Assembly (NCBI RefSeq): GCF_902713615.1
Contig: NC_052158.1
Location: 158,666,691-158,730,690 of the forward strand
Reading direction: 5' to 3'
Source: Scyliorhinus canicula
Lineage: Eukaryota
DNA: 64,000 bases
Part shown: in pieces, positions 62,381-64,000 of the stretch
Layout of the letters: every line of letters starts with the position of its first letter
How positions within the stretch are numbered: position 1 is the stretch's first letter
The notes under the pieces: model-generated
The model's database searches: none
What the model was told of the DNA's origin: nothing
The model's input: only the letters and a program-made list of their open reading frames with translations
Position numbers and translations under genes: made by a program

Positions 62381-64000
62381 ATTGGATTGGATTGGATTGG
62401 ATTTGATTATTGTCACCTGTACCGAGGTACAGTGAAAAGTATTTTTCTGGAAGCAGCTCAACTGATCATTCAGTACATAGGAAGAAAAGGGAATTTTTTA
62501 AAAATCAAGAAAATACAAGAAAATGCATAATAGGGCAACACAAGGTATACAATGTAACTACATAAGCATTGACATCGGATGAAGCATACAGGGTGTAGTG
62601 TTAATGAGGTCAGTCAATAAGAGGGTCATTTAGGAGTCTTGTGACAGTAGGGAGGAAGCTGTTTTTTGAGTCTGTTCGTGCATGTTCTCAGACTTCTGTA
62701 TCTCCTGCCCAATGGAGGTAGTTGGAAAGTGAGTAAGCCGGGTGGGAGGGATCCTTGATTATGCTGCCTGCTTTCCCCCGGCAGTGGGATGTGTAGATGG
62801 AGTCCATGGATGGGAGGCAGGTTTGTGTAATGGACTGGGCGGTATTCACGACTTTCTGAAGTGCCTTGCGGTCCTGGGCCGAGCAGTTGCCATACCAGGC
62901 TGTGATGCAGCCCGATAGGATGCTTTCTAGATAGATAGAGATAGAGACATAGAGCACAGAACAGGCCCTTCGGCCCACGATGTTGTGCCGAACTTTTGTC
63001 CAAGGTTAATCATAGAATTGTGGGCACTTTTAAGGGCAATTTATCATGACCAATCCACCCAACCTGCACATCTTTGGACTGTGGGAGGAAACCGGAGTAC
63101 CCGGAGGAAACCCACGCACACACGGGGAGGATGTGCAGACTCCACACAGATAGTGGCCCAAGTCGAAATCGAACTTGGGACCCTGGTGCATCTGTAAAAG
63201 TTGGTAATGGTTAATGTGGACATGCCGAATTTCCTTAGTTTCCTGAGGAAGTATAGGCGCTGTTGTGCTTTCTTGGTGATAGCATCGACGTGAGTGGACC
63301 AGGACAGATTTTTGGTGATGTGCACTGCTAGGAATTTGACACTGTTAACCATCTCCACCTCGGCTCCGTTGATGCTGACAGGGGTGTGTACAGTGCTTTG
63401 CTTCCTGAAGTCAATGGCCAGCTCTTCAGTTTTGCTGGCATTGAGGGAGAGATTGTTGTCGTTGCACCACTCCACTAGGTTCTCTATCTCCCTCCTGCAT
63501 TCGGACTCGTCATTATTCCAGATCCGTCCCACTATGGTCGTATCGTCAGCAAACTTGTAGATGGAGTTGGAACCAAGTTTTGCCACGCAGTTGTGTGTGT
63601 ACAGGGAGTAGAGTAGGGGGCTAAGTACGCAGCCTTGCGGAGCATCGGTTTTGAGGACTATTGTGGAGGAGGTGTTGGTGTTCATTTTTACTGATTGTGG
63701 TTTCTTGGTCAGAAAATCGAGGATCCAGATGCAGAGTGGAAAGCCAAGTCCTAGGTTTTGGAGCCTTGATATGAGTTTGGCTGGGATTATGGTAGTGATG
63801 GCGGAGCTGTAGTCAATAAATAGGAGTCTGATGTAGGAGTCCTTGTTTTCGAGATGCTCTAGGAATGAGTGTAGGGCCAGGGAAATGGCCTCTGATGAAG
63901 ACTGGTTGCGACGGTATGCGCATTGAAGCCGGTCAATGCGTTCCGGGAGTATGGAGGTGATGCTCTCCATGATCAGCCTCTCAAAGCATTGCATTACAAA
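62381..64000 (-). mobile_element. Rex1/Babar LINE (runs off window) with nested 5'-truncated HE1 (62930-63186)
   Basis: MQCFERL, AYRRNQS, RLLFIDYSSA, APQGCVLSPLLYSLYT, KFADDTTIVG; (attgg)n tail; closely similar to 8005-9090. Confidence 0.92.

Noticed and set aside
63044-63994. 316-aa ORF
   Set aside because: Rex1/Babar RT running into a nested HE1 SINE.

Overview
Vertebrate genomic DNA, very probably from a cartilaginous fish (shark; inferred from HE1-type V-SINEs with HER1/CR1 LINE tails), and dominated by transposable elements. One host gene can be reconstructed on the minus strand: a group-B scavenger-receptor cysteine-rich (SRCR; CD163/WC1/DMBT1-like) gene. It has a 46-nt leader exon (42840-42885), a 69-nt exon (39149-39217) and four single-exon 8-Cys SRCR domains (23942-24253, 16435-16752, 6656-6970, 5039-5353). 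All junctions are phase 1 with GT-AG boundaries, giving an open 458-codon frame that has no stop and presumably continues beyond position 1. The rest is nested repeats: CR1/HER1, Rex1/Babar, L2 and L1 LINEs, a Penelope element with inverted pLTRs carrying decayed hammerhead-ribozyme motifs, several SINE families, a probable solo LTR, a Harbinger Myb/SANT fragment and a retrovirus-like pol fragment. The most unusual structure is a recent ~1.73-kb inverted duplication (20372-22105 / 33789-35526) bracketing only the first, most divergent SRCR exon. It could make that exon invertible, skippable or circularisable (hypothesis). Repeat boundaries are approximate and family names are by eye, not by database search.
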